Under the pieces are notes generated by a model, which was not told the DNA's origin, did no database searches, and worked only from the letters and a program-made list of their open reading frames with translations. Made by a program: the position numbers and the translations under genes. From NCBI RefSeq assembly GCF_964355755.1, contig NC_092678.1:15791881-15855880 (forward strand): DNA of 64,000 bases. Reading direction: 5' to 3'. This DNA is from Antedon mediterranea. Taxonomy: Eukaryota > Animalia > Echinodermata. This document shows, piece by piece, positions 1 to 13,424 of the stretch (its first letter is position 1; the number at the start of each line of letters is the position of its first letter).

Positions 1-330
1 CGAGTTAACAACCACAAGTAGCAATAGATATGACCTTGACCTTGAGGTATCGTGTACGCGCCCAAAAACATCGAATCGAGCATCGACTTGGAACTATACG
101 TACATAACAGTAAGCCAACGAGTTAATAACCACACACTACATACAAGTAGCAATTTAACCTTGACCTTGTTCTATCGTGTGCGCGCGCAAAAAAAAGCCA
201 ACAACCACACACTAGAAGCTACAATGATATAACATGGCCTTGACCTTGAAGTATGGTGCACGCGCGCAGCAAATAACAAATTGTCTTGAACTATTACGTT
301 CATTAAACAAACGAGTTAACGTGCAAATAT
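1..330. repeat. Degenerate ~80-120 bp tandem subrepeats (CGAGTTAA..ACCACA..CCTTGACCTTG..TCGTGT.CGCG), probably internal to the element ending at 725
   Basis: Motif CCTTGACCTTG followed by GTGT/GC-CGCG recurs near 34, 159 and 238; CGAGTTAA occurs at 1, 119 and 312. Confidence 0.6.
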
Positions 331-465
331 CACGCGCACGAGCAGCAAATGATAATAATCCAACGTGTTAACGACGACCCTAACAGACGTATCGTGAACA
401 AACAACTCAATACAATCATGATATAATGTTTGTCTGAATCTAGCATTAAATTTGATCTGATTTTT

Positions 466-725
466 TTTACATTTGTGGGCGAAAAAGTCTCTCTTTTTTT
501 TTACACTTGTGAGCGTTATCACATTTGTGGGCGATGATCGTTTTCACATTTGTGGGCGCTGTTTTCACATTTGTGGTTGATGCGTTTTCACATTTGTGGT
601 TGTTTTCACATTTGTGGGTGATGCGTTTTCACATTTGTGGTTGTTTTCACATTTGTGGGTGATGCGTTTTCACATTTGTGGTTGTTTTCACATTTGTGGG
701 CGTTTTCACATTTGTGGGTTCAACA
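466..725. mobile_element. Terminus of a DNA-transposon-like element with an 18-25 bp CACATTTGTGG minisatellite, ending ...GGGTTCAACA (TGTTGAACCC on the minus strand); possibly Ginger-like
   Basis: About 12 copies of (C/T)ACATTTGTGG. The sequence abuts AGGTTTTCTT, where copies 2 and 3 of the 3 kb unit read GAGTTG|AGGTTTT uninterrupted. The superfamily is inferred only from the TGT terminus. Confidence 0.5.
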
Positions 726-1468
726 AGGTTTTCTTCTTTGGGGAAAATAGTTACAGTTTGGTGTGTATGTCAGTGGATGAAATAGTGACCGTAAAATAAT
801 GTATCTGTATTGTACTGTTAGTGTGTATTACTGTACGTGTCAGTGAAAATTAAAGAGAGTCAATAACGGTACAAACGTTTACATTTTATTCAAATTAAAA
901 TACATAATGTATCGATTGAGTATCTAGTACGTCAGGAATAGGTTGTTAGTTTATATAGTCGCTAACAGGGACAACATAAGACGGAGAAATAACATTTTAA
1001 TATATCTTAAAGGCAATTGATAAATAATCAATCCCTTACTATAGCAGAAACGTAGCAAGAATGTGTAACTTATTTGTTATGAAATATAGAAAAAATAGTA
1101 CATGTTTAGACTCAAACCAACACAGCAATCTGATGGTAGCCTGCAATAATTAAAGTATAACTAAACGATAAAGAAAGACATTTATACAGAAGATCGATAT
1201 TATCTGATAGCTCGCTCGATGAGATCAAACGGTGCCTTTACACACACTCACACATTAATTCAATTCAAGGATTTTTTTTTTAAATTATGAATAATCAAGT
1301 GCCAAAATAATAATAAATTGTATATAATACCGTTTGTTATCTAGATTAATATATATGTACATATTATTCGTTATTTAGTGCCTTTGATTCTGACATCCGT
1401 TAGTTAGGGGTTAACCCACTGTGTATAACAGTGCCTGTTTCCGTGGTTAATTGCGCGGCGCAAAGCTG

Positions 1469-2263
1469 TTTTTAGTCGCGTGGAAGCGACTCTATAGTTC
1501 ACTATGTCAATCAGTTGGTCGGTCTGTCTGTCTGTCTGTCGGCCTGTCGGTCCGGTATCACTATGCGTTTTATCGCTTTCTGACCTTATCTTGATATCAG
1601 TTTAATCTAGCTAGGTCAATTTTTCACAGTATATTCCTTATGGCCAGGAATCAATGTGGTTATGTTTTCACGGTGCGCAATAAAAAATTACGCGGTCTAC
1701 GCACGATTTAACGAAATCACGTTTGTATTCATATCTTCACAACCATGAATCACAATTAAATAAAATTTGGTACTCATAAATTTCAGGGCATAAATCATCA
1801 TATGGCAATACAATTACGTGAGTAGCGCATGTAACGCATGCGTACGCGCGCTTACAATTTTCAAAATTTATTTCCGATGAAATAAGAGTACGTTTCAGGC
1901 AATTTTAAGCGTTTACAAAATTGCCATGAGTGCGCATACTTTTGCGCACGCACTGCGCGTTAAATGTTATTGCGCACTCTTTTTGCCCGATTTCTGTTTT
2001 CTTGACTTACTTTTCAACTCGAAATTACGTTATACGAGCACGTCAAAAGTGACAGGCTACGCACGTGTAAATTAAAAAAATATAAATGTTTTTAAACATT
2101 TCAACATTTTTAAACATGTTCAGTAATTTCGGTCAGTATAGTTCACTATGTCGGTCGGTCGGTCTGTCTGTCTGTCGGTCTGTCGGTCTTTCTGTCGGTC
2201 TTTCTGTCGGTCCGGTATCACTATACATTGTAGAACGCGACTTAATGGCTGTTGGCCTTGTTT
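1469..2263 (+). mobile_element. Non-autonomous Helentron derivative (HINE/DINE-1-like), AGTCGCG family, copy 1
   Basis: 5' TTTTTAGTCGCGTGGAAGCGACT (subTIR plus partial palindrome), (GTCT/GTCG)n microsatellite, 3' subTIR ACGCGACT, short GGCTGTTGGCC hairpin, ending TTGTTT. Confidence 0.8.
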
Positions 2264-4308
2264 AATTGAGGTTTTGTCAGTTCTGTTCTCCCAACATTAT
2301 TGTTTTATTTGTTATTCTTTGAGATAGTGAAAAAATTAGGGAAGTTTTGTAAAGACATTTGTTATATAATTCGAACGAGTGCACGATGTATCGTATTTCT
2401 TTTCTTTATTATACATAAAAATACAAAAATACATAGTCCAAGATGGGATGGAATGTTTAAAATATAGCTTTGACCCTCAACCCGGTCACTCCGTAAATGT
2501 ACCGTAATGTATTAACCAATTTATGGAATTTACGTACCGAACATAAGCCACGGACTGAAATCGTGGTTTTGTGTGGATGGTGCTAATTGGAATGATTCGT
2601 TTACGCTAGTCCTGTACTTTTAAAATTAACTAATTTTTTTTATAAAGGATCCCATAAAAAGCTTCCAAAGGAAATTCCACACCTTCATCATTATGTAAAC
2701 GTTGCTACGAGAAAAGGCACTATATGGAAATGTTAAAAATGCTTATATAGCAAAGAGATGAGCAGTCATTGGGCGGTCACGAAATGATACAACATGATCC
2801 CAAGCTATAATTTACAAACGTAGGAAGCCTCAAAATGAATAAGATACGCACATATCTTAGTGCCTTTAATTATGATATTCATATAGGCCTACATTATGCC
2901 TGGGTTAACCCACTGTGCAACTGTAGTGCTGTTTTTTTATTCTTCGGTTCGATTCTTCCAGGATAATTATTGTTTTTTTTCTTTAACCTATAGAAGGTCC
3001 ATAAGAATACGAACGTTATATTGATATAAACAAAAAAAATGTAAAGTTTATCGATAAAGTAGATCAATGGATTTATGTCTAGATATGGTAGTTTTCTTAG
3101 GTTTACGAATTATTTTTCCTTTGGTTAAGGGGGATTGGTCGACATATGTTAAGATTTTAAAAATGTATATGATTAAGCTTTGTAATTTGTTATAAGTATT
3201 GTCTCTGGTGTCTGTAGCAAGGGCATATATTCTACAAATTCAGATTCGACTAAACATTTTAGAAATGTAATATGATTGTTGCATACAAACATTTCAGAAT
3301 TACAGAAAAGCAATGATGGAATAATGATATATTTGCAGTGTAGCACGTGGAAGTATTTTTCCTTCTCTGGGCCTATGATGGCAGAATGTGAACGAAAACA
3401 TCAGTATACATTTAGTTGTTATTGTTCACAGTCATACCACCATAACGCTTCACTTTAATTAACAGACTCTAACGTACCGTCATTTTACAAGTAAGATTTA
3501 ACAGTTAAACCTATCGTTAAATGTATAATTTACATTATTTATTTGAATTTTTACAAGTAAGAAAAACAAAAGATAAAAAAAACACTTACAGTGTAACCAA
3601 CGATGTCAAACCAACAAATGCATTTTCAGCCAATGTAGAAATGCCGTTACGTTCTAAATACCTTCAAAATATAAATAGTTGGCAAATAACAGTTCACGAG
3701 TTGAGGTTTTCTTCTTTGGGGAAAATAGTTACAGTTTGGTGTGTATGTCAGTGGACAAAATAGTGATCGTACAATAATTTATCTGTATTGTACTATTATT
3801 GTGTATTACTGTACGTGTCAGTGAAAATTAAAGAGAGTCGATAACGGTACAAACGTTTACATTTTATTCAAATTAAAATACATAATGTATCGATTGAGTA
3901 TCTAGTACGTCAGGAATAGGTTGTTAGTTTATATAGTCGCTAACAGGGACAACATAAGACGGAGAAATAACATTTTAATATATCTTAAAGGCAATTGATA
4001 AATAATCAATCCTTTACTATAGCAGAAACGTAGCAAGAATGTGTAACTTATTTGTTATGAAATATACAAAAAATAGTACATGTTTAGATTCAAACCAACA
4101 CAGCAATCTGAGGGTAGCCTGCAATAATTAAAGTATAACTAAACGATAAAGAAAGAAATTTATACAGAAGATCGATATTATCTGATAGCTCGCTCGATGA
4201 GATCAAACGGTGCCTTTGAAGACTCACACATCAATTCAATTCAATTCAAGGATTTTTTTTTTAAATTATGAATAATCAAGTGCCAAAATAATAATAAATT
4301 GTATAAAA

Positions 4309-6116
4309 CTAGATGGCACGCTCGCTTCGCTCGCGTACCATCTAGGTCGTGCCCACAGATGGTTCTCGAATACATAATAATTTCAGCGTTAAAAAACTGG
4401 CGATTTCAAATGTACGTACCGCAGAACAATAATACATGTCGTTTACAGCCTACAGGAACGAATAAATATACACTGTAATTTATGTACTCAACTGAAATTA
4501 GCACCATGGGAATTACTTCCGAAAGAGAAACTTGTCACAAAATGAGACCAATTGTTTAAGTCAAATTTAAACAAACTTGATTTGTGTTTTGTATGTAACA
4601 TTAGGGTTGAGGGATGGGGAAGAGGATGGGTGCAAAGAGGAACAATTTTTAAATATTATTCTTTATCCATTTAGTAACGAAATATTAATTGAACTTATTC
4701 AACCTTATGTTCCTAAGCGGTCTCTGAGATCTAGATCTGAGTCTCTTCTTGCCCATATATTTCATCCTTCCACTAAGTTTTATGGAAATCGTTCATTTTC
4801 TTCGGCATCCGTTTTTCTATGGAATGCGTTGCCTATTGAAATCCGTCAGGCTACTTCCACCAGTGTCTTCAAATCTCTCCTCAAAACCCATTTTTTAATT
4901 TGTAAATTTCTAAAATTGTTCTGTCTTTGTAAAGCGCATTGAGGCTTTCAGCATAATGCGCTATATCAAGTACCAGTTATTATTATTATTATTATTATTA
5001 GTGTTATTATTATTGTTATTATTATTATTATTGTTTTCATGTTTTACAAACAATATACCACTAAACACAGTAAAACATTGCGATGTAATACTTTGTTGAA
5101 ACTATCACCGTCCTAGTCGATTGAAATAGTACAGTAGCCCCTACATGTAACGATACATCACTACGACGTGTATATTATGTTTATATAATGTAAAACAATT
5201 TGTGAAAACCACCTCTATTCGGGGAAAATCATAAATTCGATTTAATCGTCAATAAATATTAAATTATCTAACTCAACTTAATTAGTAGGCCTAATGGTTT
5301 TCAATTGTTTCTTAGAGCCAATTCATACTTAAGTTGGTTCCTACCCTACCCACCAAAGTTGTTCTGCGTTTAGGGCATGTGATGTACCGTAGGCCTATCC
5401 TCTACTGGTTTTACAACGCTAATCATGCCAGTGAGGGAAGGGTGATGATGTGGGTGGTTTAACTGCAATAATAAAGATGTGTACATAATATACGGCGAGT
5501 GAAAACGCTAGCTCATTATCCGTTTAAACAAAATTTATATCCAACCTCTGCAGCACGGATTGAAAAAAAAAATGGATCGAATTTCTGTTATGAGTATACA
5601 GTACTTGCCTTTACGACGCCTGAGGGGGAATAGACGTTTGTGGAACAGAGATTGGAATGTTTCATTCATCGCAAATCAATACATTTGTATAAACGTATAT
5701 TAAATCTATCAAAATAGTATTTTTTAAAGAAAATCGGCCTGTCTTCAACATTATGATGCTGTACTCGAGCTGTTCAACCGGTTTTCAGCAATTAAAAACA
5801 ATTATCGTAGGAGGAGATAGGAAAATGCGAAGCATCCTCGCATTATTGTTTGCGGGTATTTATCAAGACGGACATCCATTAGACAGTGTATACCACGATC
5901 GAAAAACATCCCTATTTGGGGCAAATCGTTTAACCTAAATTCGTTTTAATCGTCAATAACTAATTATCGAACTCAATTTAATTAGTAAACAGGGTTACAT
6001 CAGGTGGTGAAAATCAGTACCGAAAGTACGAACCAACTTTATATACCATTGAGTAAACATTCTAGAAAGAAGGCGCGATTTACAGAATTTTGCCCTTACG
6101 TAAATTTATATATAGA
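4309..6116 (-). mobile_element. Non-autonomous canonical Helitron (5'-TCTATATATA ... hairpin-CTAG-3'), containing a LINE fragment
   Basis: The minus strand starts TC and ends CTAG, with inverted repeat CTAGATGG..CG/CG..CCATCTAG at 4309-4345. It is inserted between A and T with no TSD; the empty site is A1327|T1328 in copy 1. Confidence 0.9.
4692..5033 (+). mobile_element. 5'-truncated L2/CR1-group LINE (3' end of ORF2 plus (TTA)n tail)
   Basis: Peptide PYVPKRSLRS...YGNRSFSSASVFLWNALPIEIRQATSTSVFKSLLKTHF has the typical CR1/L2-group ORF2 C-terminal motif. It is followed by an AAAGCGCATTGAG..ATGCGCT stem-loop and (TTA)n, and is absent from the sister Helitron at ~9410. Confidence 0.85.
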
Positions 6117-6261
6117 TACCGTTTGTTATCTAGATAAATATATAATTATGTACATATTATTCGTTATTTAGTGCCTTTGATTCTGACATCCGTTAGTTAG
6201 GGGTTAACCCACTGTGTATAACAGTGCCTGTTTCCGTGGTTAATTGCGCGGCGCAAAGCTG

Positions 6262-7049
6262 TTTTTAGTCGCGTGGAAGCGACTCTATAGTTCACTATGT
6301 CGGTCGGTTGGTCGGTCTCTGTCGGTCTGTCTGTCTGTCTGTCGGTCCGGTATCAATATGCGTTTTATCGCTTTCTGACCTTATCTTGATATCAGTTTAA
6401 TCTAGCTAGGTCAATTTTTCACAGTATATTCCTTATGGCCAGGAATCAATGTGGTTATGTTTTCACGGTGCGCAATAAAAAATTACGCGGTCTACGCACG
6501 ATTTAACGAAATCACGTTTGTATTCATATCTTCACAACCATGAATCACAATTAAATAAAATTTGGTACTCATAAATTTCAGGGCATAAATCATCATATGG
6601 CAATATAATTGTAACGCATGCGTACGCGCGCTTACAATTTTCAACATTTATTTCCGATGAAATAAGAGTACGTTTCAGGCAATTTTAAGCGTTCACAAAA
6701 TTTTCATGAGTGCGCATACTTTTGCGCGCGCACTGCGCGTTAAATGTTATTGCGCACTCTTTTTGCCCGATTTCTGTTTTCTTGACTTTCTTTTCAACTC
6801 GAAATTACGTTATACGAGCACGTCAAAAGTGAAAGGCTACGCACGTGTAAATTAAAAAAATATAAATGTTTTTAAACATTTCAACATTTTCAGTAATTTC
6901 GGTCAGTATAGTTCACTATGTCGGTCGGTCGGTCTGTCTGTCTGTCTGTCGGTCTGTCGGTCTTTCTGTCGGTCTGTCTGTCGGTCTTTCTGTCGGTCCG
7001 GTATCACTATGCATTGTAGCACGCGACTTAATGGCTGTTGGCCTTGTTT
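6262..7049 (+). mobile_element. HINE/DINE-1-like element, AGTCGCG family, copy 2
   Basis: Same termini and microsatellites as 1469-2263. Confidence 0.8.
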
Positions 7050-9100
7050 AATTGAGGTTTTGTCAGTTATGTTCTCCCAACATCATTGTTTTATTTGTTA
7101 CTCTTTGAGATAGTGAAAAAATGAGGGAAGTTTTGTAAACACATTTGTTATACAATTCGAACGAGTGCACGATGTATCGTATTTCTTTTCTTTATTATAC
7201 ATACAAATACAAAAATACATAGTCCAAGATGGCATGGAATGTTTAAAATATAGCTTTGACCCTCAGGCCGGTCACTCCGTAAATTTACCGTAATGTATTA
7301 ACCAATTTATGGAATTTACGTACCGAACATAAGCCACGGACTGAAATCGTGGTTTTGTGTGGATGGTGCTAATTAGAATGATTCGTTTACGCTAGTCCTG
7401 TACTTTTAAAATTAACTAATTTTTTTAAAAAGGATCCCATAAAAAGCTTCCAAAGGAAATTCCACACCTTCATCATTATGTAAACGTTGCTACGAGAAAA
7501 GGCACTATATAAAAATGTTAAAAATGCTTATATAGCAAAGAGATGAGCAGTCATTGGGCGGTCACGAAATGATACAACATGATCCCAAGCTATAATTTAC
7601 AAACGGAGGAAGCCTCAAAATGAATAAGATACGCACATATCTTAGTGCCTTTAATTATGATATTCATTAGGCCTATATTAGGCCTGGGTTAACCCACTGT
7701 GCAACTGTAGTGCTGTTTTTTTATTCTTCGGTTCGATTCTTCCAGGATAATCATTGTTTTTTTTATTTAACCTATAGAAGGTCCATAAGAATACGAACGT
7801 TATATTGATATAAACAAAAAAAATGTAAAGTTTATCGATAAAGTAGATCAATGGATTTATGTCTAGATATGGTAGTTTTCTTAGGTTTACGAATTATTTT
7901 TCCTTTGGTTAAGGGGGATTGGTCGACATATGTTAAGATTTTAAAAATGTATATGATTAAGCTTTGTAATTTGTTATAAGTATTGTCTCTGGTGTCTGTA
8001 GCAAGGGCATAATTATATTCTACAAATTCAGATTCGACTAAACATTTTAGAAATGTAATCTGATGGTTGCATACAAACATTTCAGAATTACAGAAAAGCA
8101 ATGATGGAATAATGATATATTTGCAGTGTAGCACGTGAAAGTATTTGTCCTTCTCTGAGCCTATGATTGCAGAATGTGAACGAAAACATCAGTATACATT
8201 TAGTTGTTATTGTTCACAGTCATACCACCATAACGCTTCACTTTAATTAACAGACTCTAATGTACCGTCATTTTACAAGTAAGATTTAACAGTTAAACCT
8301 ACCGTTAAATGTATAATTTCACAATTAACATTATTTATTTGAGTTTTTACAAGTAAGACAAAAAAAGGGAATAAAACACTTACAGTGTAACCAACGATGT
8401 CAAACCAACAAATGCATTTTCAGCCAATGTAGAAATGCCGTTACGTTCTAAATACCTTCAAAATAAAAATAGTTGGCAAATAACAGTTCATGAGTTGAGG
8501 TTTTCTTCTTTGGGGAAAATAGTTACAGTTTGGTGTGTATGTCAGTGGATGAAATAGTGATCGTAAAATAATTTATCTGTAATGTACTATTATTGTGTAT
8601 TACTGTACGTGTCAGTGAAAATTAAAGAGAGTCAATAACGGTACAAACGTTTACATTTTATTCAAATTAAAATACCTAATGTATCGATTGAGTATCTAGT
8701 ACGTCAGGAATAGGTTGTTAGTTTATATAGTCGCTAACAGGGACAATATAAGACGGAGAAATAACATTTTAATATATATTAAAGGCAATTGATAAATAAT
8801 CAATCCCTTACTATAGCAGAAACGTAGCAAGAATGTGTAACTTATTTGTTATGAAATATAGAAAAAATAGTACATGTTTAGACTCAAACCAACACAGCAA
8901 TCTGAGGGTAGCCTGCAATAATTAAAGTATAACTAAACGATAAAGAAAGAAATGTATACAGAAGATCGATATTATCTGATAGCTCGCTCGATGAGATCAA
9001 ACGGTGCCTTTACACACACTCACACATTAATTCAATTCAAGGATTTTTTTTTTTTAATTATGAATAATCAAGTGCCAAAATAATAATAAATTGTATAAAA

Positions 9101-10493
9101 CTAGATGGTACGCTCGCTTCGCTCGCGTACCATCTAGGTCGTGCCCACAGATGGTTCTCGAATACATAATAATTTAAGCGTTAAAAAACTGGCGATTTCA
9201 AATGTACGTACCGCAGGACAATAATACATATCGTTTACAGGAACGAATAAATAGACACTGTGATTTATGTACTGAACTAAAATTAGCACCCTGGGAATTA
9301 CTTCCGAAAAAGAAACTTGTCACAAAATGAGACCAATTGTTTAAGTCAAATTTAAACACTTAATTTGTGTTTTGTATGTAACATTAGGGTCCATGTAGTA
9401 ACGAAATAATAATTGTTTTCATGTTTTACAAATAATATACCACTAAACACAGTAAAATATTGTGATGTAATATTTTGTTGAAACTATCACCGTCCTAGTC
9501 GATTGAAATAGTATAGTACATGTAACGATACATCACTACGACGTTTATAATATGTTTATATAATGTATAACAATTTGTGAAAAACCACCCCTATTCGTGG
9601 CAAATCATAAATTCAATTTAATCGTCAATAATATTAAATTATCTAATTCAACTTAATTAGTAGGCCTAATGGTTTTCAATTGCTTCTTAGAGCCAATTCA
9701 TACTTAAGTTGGTTCCTAACCCTACCCACCAAAGTTGTTCTGCGTTTAAGGCATGTGATGCACCGTAGGTCTATCCTCTACTGGCTTTACAACGCTACTC
9801 ATGCCAGTGAGGGAAGGGTGATGATGTCACATGGGTGGTTTAACTGCAATAATAAAGATTTGTACATAATATACGGCGACTGAAAACGCTAGCTCATTAT
9901 CCGTTTAAAAAAATCTATATCCAACCTCTGCAGCACAGATTGAAAAAAAAAATGGATCGAATTTCTGTTATGAGTATACAGTACTTGCCTTTACGACGCC
10001 TGAGGGAATAGACACTTGTGGAACAGAGATTGGAATGTTCCATTCATTTCAAATCAATACATTTGCATAAACGTATATTAAATCTATCAAAATAGTATTT
10101 TTTTAAGAAAATCGGCCTGTCTTCAACATTATGATACTGTACTCGAGCTGTTCAACCGGTTTTCAGCTATTAAAAACAATTATCGTAGGAGGAGATAGGA
10201 AAATGCGAAGCCTCCTCGCATTTTTTTGGGGGGTATTTTTCAAGATGGACATCCATTAGACAGTGTATACGACGATCGGAAAACACCCCTATTTGGGGCA
10301 AATCGTTGAACCTAAATTCATTTTAATCGTCAATAACTAATTATCTAACTTAATTTAATTAGTAAACAGGGTTACATCAGGTGGTTAAAATCAGTACCGA
10401 AAGTACGAACCGACTTTATATACCATCGAGTAAAAATTCTAAAAGTAAGGCGCGATTTACCGAATTTTGACCTTACGTAAATTTATATATAGA
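9101..10493 (-). mobile_element. Non-autonomous canonical Helitron, second copy (no LINE)
   Basis: CTAGATGGTACGC..GCGTACCATCTAG perfect arms at 9101; ends TATATATAGA at 10493; same A|T site as in copy 2. Confidence 0.9.
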
Positions 10494-10634
10494 TATCGTT
10501 TGTTATCTAGATTAATATATATGTACATATTATTCGTTATTTAGTGCCTTTGATTCTGACATCCGTTAGTTAGGGGTTAACCCACTGTGTATAACAGTGC
10601 CTGTTTCCGTGGTTAATTGCGCGGCGCAAAGCTG

Positions 10635-11465
10635 TTTTTAGTCGCGTGGAAGCGACTCTATAGTTCACTATGTCGGTCGGTCGGTCGGTCTGTCGGTCGG
10701 TCTGTCTGTCTGTCTGTCTGTCGGTCTGTTGGTCCGGTATCACTATGCGTTTTATCGCTTTCTGACCTTATCTTGATATCAGTTTAATCTAGCTAGGTCA
10801 ATTTTTCACAGTATATTCCTTATGGCCAGGAATCAATGTGGTTATGTTTTCACGGTGCGTAATAAAAAATTACGCGGTCTACGAACGATTTAACGAAATC
10901 ACGTTTGTATTCATATCTTCACAACCATGAATCACAATTAAATAAAATTTGGTACTCATAAATTTCAGGGCATAAATCATCATATGGCAATACAATTACG
11001 TGCGTAGCGCATGTTACGCATGCGTACGCGCGCTTACAATTTTCAAAATTTATTTCCGATGAAATAAGAGTACGTTTCAGGCATTTTTAAGCGTTTACAA
11101 AATTGCCATGAGTGCGCATACTTTTGCGCGCGCACTGCGCGTTAAATGTTATTGCGCACTCTTTTTGCCCGATTTCTGTTTTCTCGACTTACTTTTCAAC
11201 TCGAAATTACGTTATACGAGCACGTCAAAAGTGAAAGGCTACGCACGTGTAAATTAAAAAAATATAAATGTTTTTAAACCTTTCAACATTTTTAAACATG
11301 TTCAGTAATTTCGGTCAGTATAGTTCACTATGTCGGTCGGTCGGTCTGTCTGTCTGTCGGTCTGTCGGTCTTTCTGTCCGTCTGTCTGTCGGTCTGTCGG
11401 TCTTTCTGTCGGTCCGGTATCACTATGCATTGTAGCACGCGACTTAATGGCTGTTGGCCTTGTTT
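10635..11465 (+). mobile_element. HINE/DINE-1-like element, AGTCGCG family, copy 3
   Basis: Same termini and microsatellites as 1469-2263. Confidence 0.8.
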
Positions 11466-12379
11466 AATTGAGGTTTTGTCAGTTCTGTTCTCCCAACATT
11501 GTATGTATTTGTTACTCTTTGAGATAGTGAAAAAATGAGGGAAGTTTTGTAAACACATTTGTTATACAATTCGAACGAGTGCACGATGTATCGTATTTCT
11601 TTTCTTTATTATACATAAAAATACAAACATACATAGTCCAAGATGGGATGGAATGTTTAAAATATAGCTTTGACCATCAGGCCGGTCACTCCGTAAATGT
11701 ACCGTAATGTATTAACCAATTATGGAATTTACGTACCGAAAATAAGCCACGGACTGAAATCGTGGTTTTGTGTGGATGGTGCTAATTGGAATGATTCGTT
11801 TACGCTAGTCCTGTACTTTTAAAATTAACTAATTTTTTTATAAAGGATCCCATAAAAAGCTTCCAAAGGAAATTCCACACCTTCATCATTATGTAAACGT
11901 TGCTACGAGAAAAGGCACTATATAGAAATGTTAAAAATGCTTATATAGAAAAGAGATGAGCAGTCATTGGGCGGTCACAAAATGATACAACATGATCCCA
12001 AGCTATAATTTACAAACGTAGGAAGCCTCAAAATGAATAAGATACGCACATATCTTAGTGCCTTTAATTATGATATTCATTAGGCCTACATTAGGCCTGG
12101 GTTAACCCACTGTGCAACTGTAGTGCTGTTTTTTTATTCTTCGGTTCGATTCTTCCTGGATAATTATTGTTTTTTTTAATTTAACCTATAGACACCCGAT
12201 TCTGTAGCTGTTAGTACACTCAACGTGGAAGACTGTCGACAGTATACCAGAGACCTATCTGACTGTATTAAGTACTTTTAATACACGATATCGCTGTCAT
12301 TAGGTTCCTATCTGGAGATAATTTGTAACGTTATAGGCTATATTCAATATAAAATCCACTCGGCAACCAGAATAGTAGC

Positions 12380-13230
12380 AGGTTGTGGTATTGCCATGAA
12401 AGAAAGGCCTAGGCCTAGCCTAGTCAATTATTGTACAAATTACGTAATTAGTTTAGTAGCTCATCTACCTTTTTAGCAGGGCATAATGAATATCGTAGCT
12501 AGGCTAGGCCTACTAGCATGAAATCAACCAATTATTTGGGTGGTATGAGGGGGTGGGTATGAAGTTTCGAGTTTGCATGGGTACGAGTCAACCAGGGTAC
12601 ACCCACTAGCCCTACTAGAGCATAGGCTATAGTCCTGCGAGAATGGGAAATCTGGCCTAGATAGGCATAGGCCTAGATTAGGTACGCCGCAAAAAAGCTA
12701 TCCTATGAGCATAAAAAAGCCTCGTAGTAGAGCCAAAGGTGTTAGCGACTACTACGGATCACTAATTAATCTATCTAGGGCTAGCTAGCCTAGGCCTATA
12801 TAGAGTTAATTTTAAATTAAGTAGGCCTAGGCCTGGTTGGTTGGTTGCTGGGCTTCAGTAATTTCGGTCGCATTTTCGGCCTACTTTTCAGGACATGTGA
12901 GAGGTGAGGTAGGTTAGCCCAGCTAGGCTAACCTAACCTGTAAGTAGTATTCTAGCCCATCCATGATGCCTGATGGGTACGAGTTGGCAGCCATTGGTAC
13001 GAGTTGACCCGTATTCTAGCTAGGGTGTCCTGGTCAACCCGTACCCAAACCAACCCGTATGTAATATAAATATACTTTTAATAGCATTAAACATGGGTAC
13101 AGGCGCGCTAGCCCATGATGTGCAGGAGTGGGCCAACATTTTGGGTATGAGTAAATCAAAATTTGGGTACGTTGTTGGCATGGGTACGTGTTGACCTGTA
13201 TCCTTCTAGCTAATCTTACTAGGCCTAGAG
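12380..13230. repeat. TAGGCCTAG-rich low-complexity tract with GGGTACGAGTTG-type MITE remnants
   Basis: Many AGGCCT/CTAG palindromes; GGTACGAGT at ~12580, 12976 and 12996; inverted pair GGTCAACCCGTACCC (~13032) and GGGTACGTGTTGACC (~13182). Confidence 0.5.
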
Positions 13231-13424
13231 TAGAGTAGGTCTATGCTATACCCAGACCGGTTACAATAATGGTCTATTCATTCTGTTTATACTGTAGCTT
13301 TATTGATAGCTGGGTTGGGGCGGCTTTTTCTCATTCTAAAACAGATTTCCTTATCATAATAAAATAATATATGAATTTAAATGTAATATTGTATACATAA
13401 TATTAGTAATTGCCATTGCATTTA

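Larger units (their letters stand above)
726..12192. repeat. Tandem segmental repeat, 3 copies of a ~3 kb unit (726-3703, 3704-8497, 8498-12192 truncated), with copy-specific insertions
   Basis: AGGTTTTCTTCTTTGGGGAAAATAG at 726, 3704 and 8498 with near-identical downstream sequence. Copy 3 diverges after TTAACCTATAGA at ~12192. Confidence 0.95.

Noticed and set aside
2640-3460. Possible exons in the 3 kb tandem unit
   Set aside because: The candidate AG/GT-bounded segment tested has stops in all three frames, and the ORFs are not conserved between copies
4577-4942. 121-aa ORF as a host gene
   Set aside because: It is a chance fusion of Helitron sequence with a LINE ORF2 C-terminal remnant
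596-11558. ORFs 596-799, 6866-7051 and 11328-11558
   Set aside because: They are translations of minisatellite or (GTCT)n microsatellite tracts
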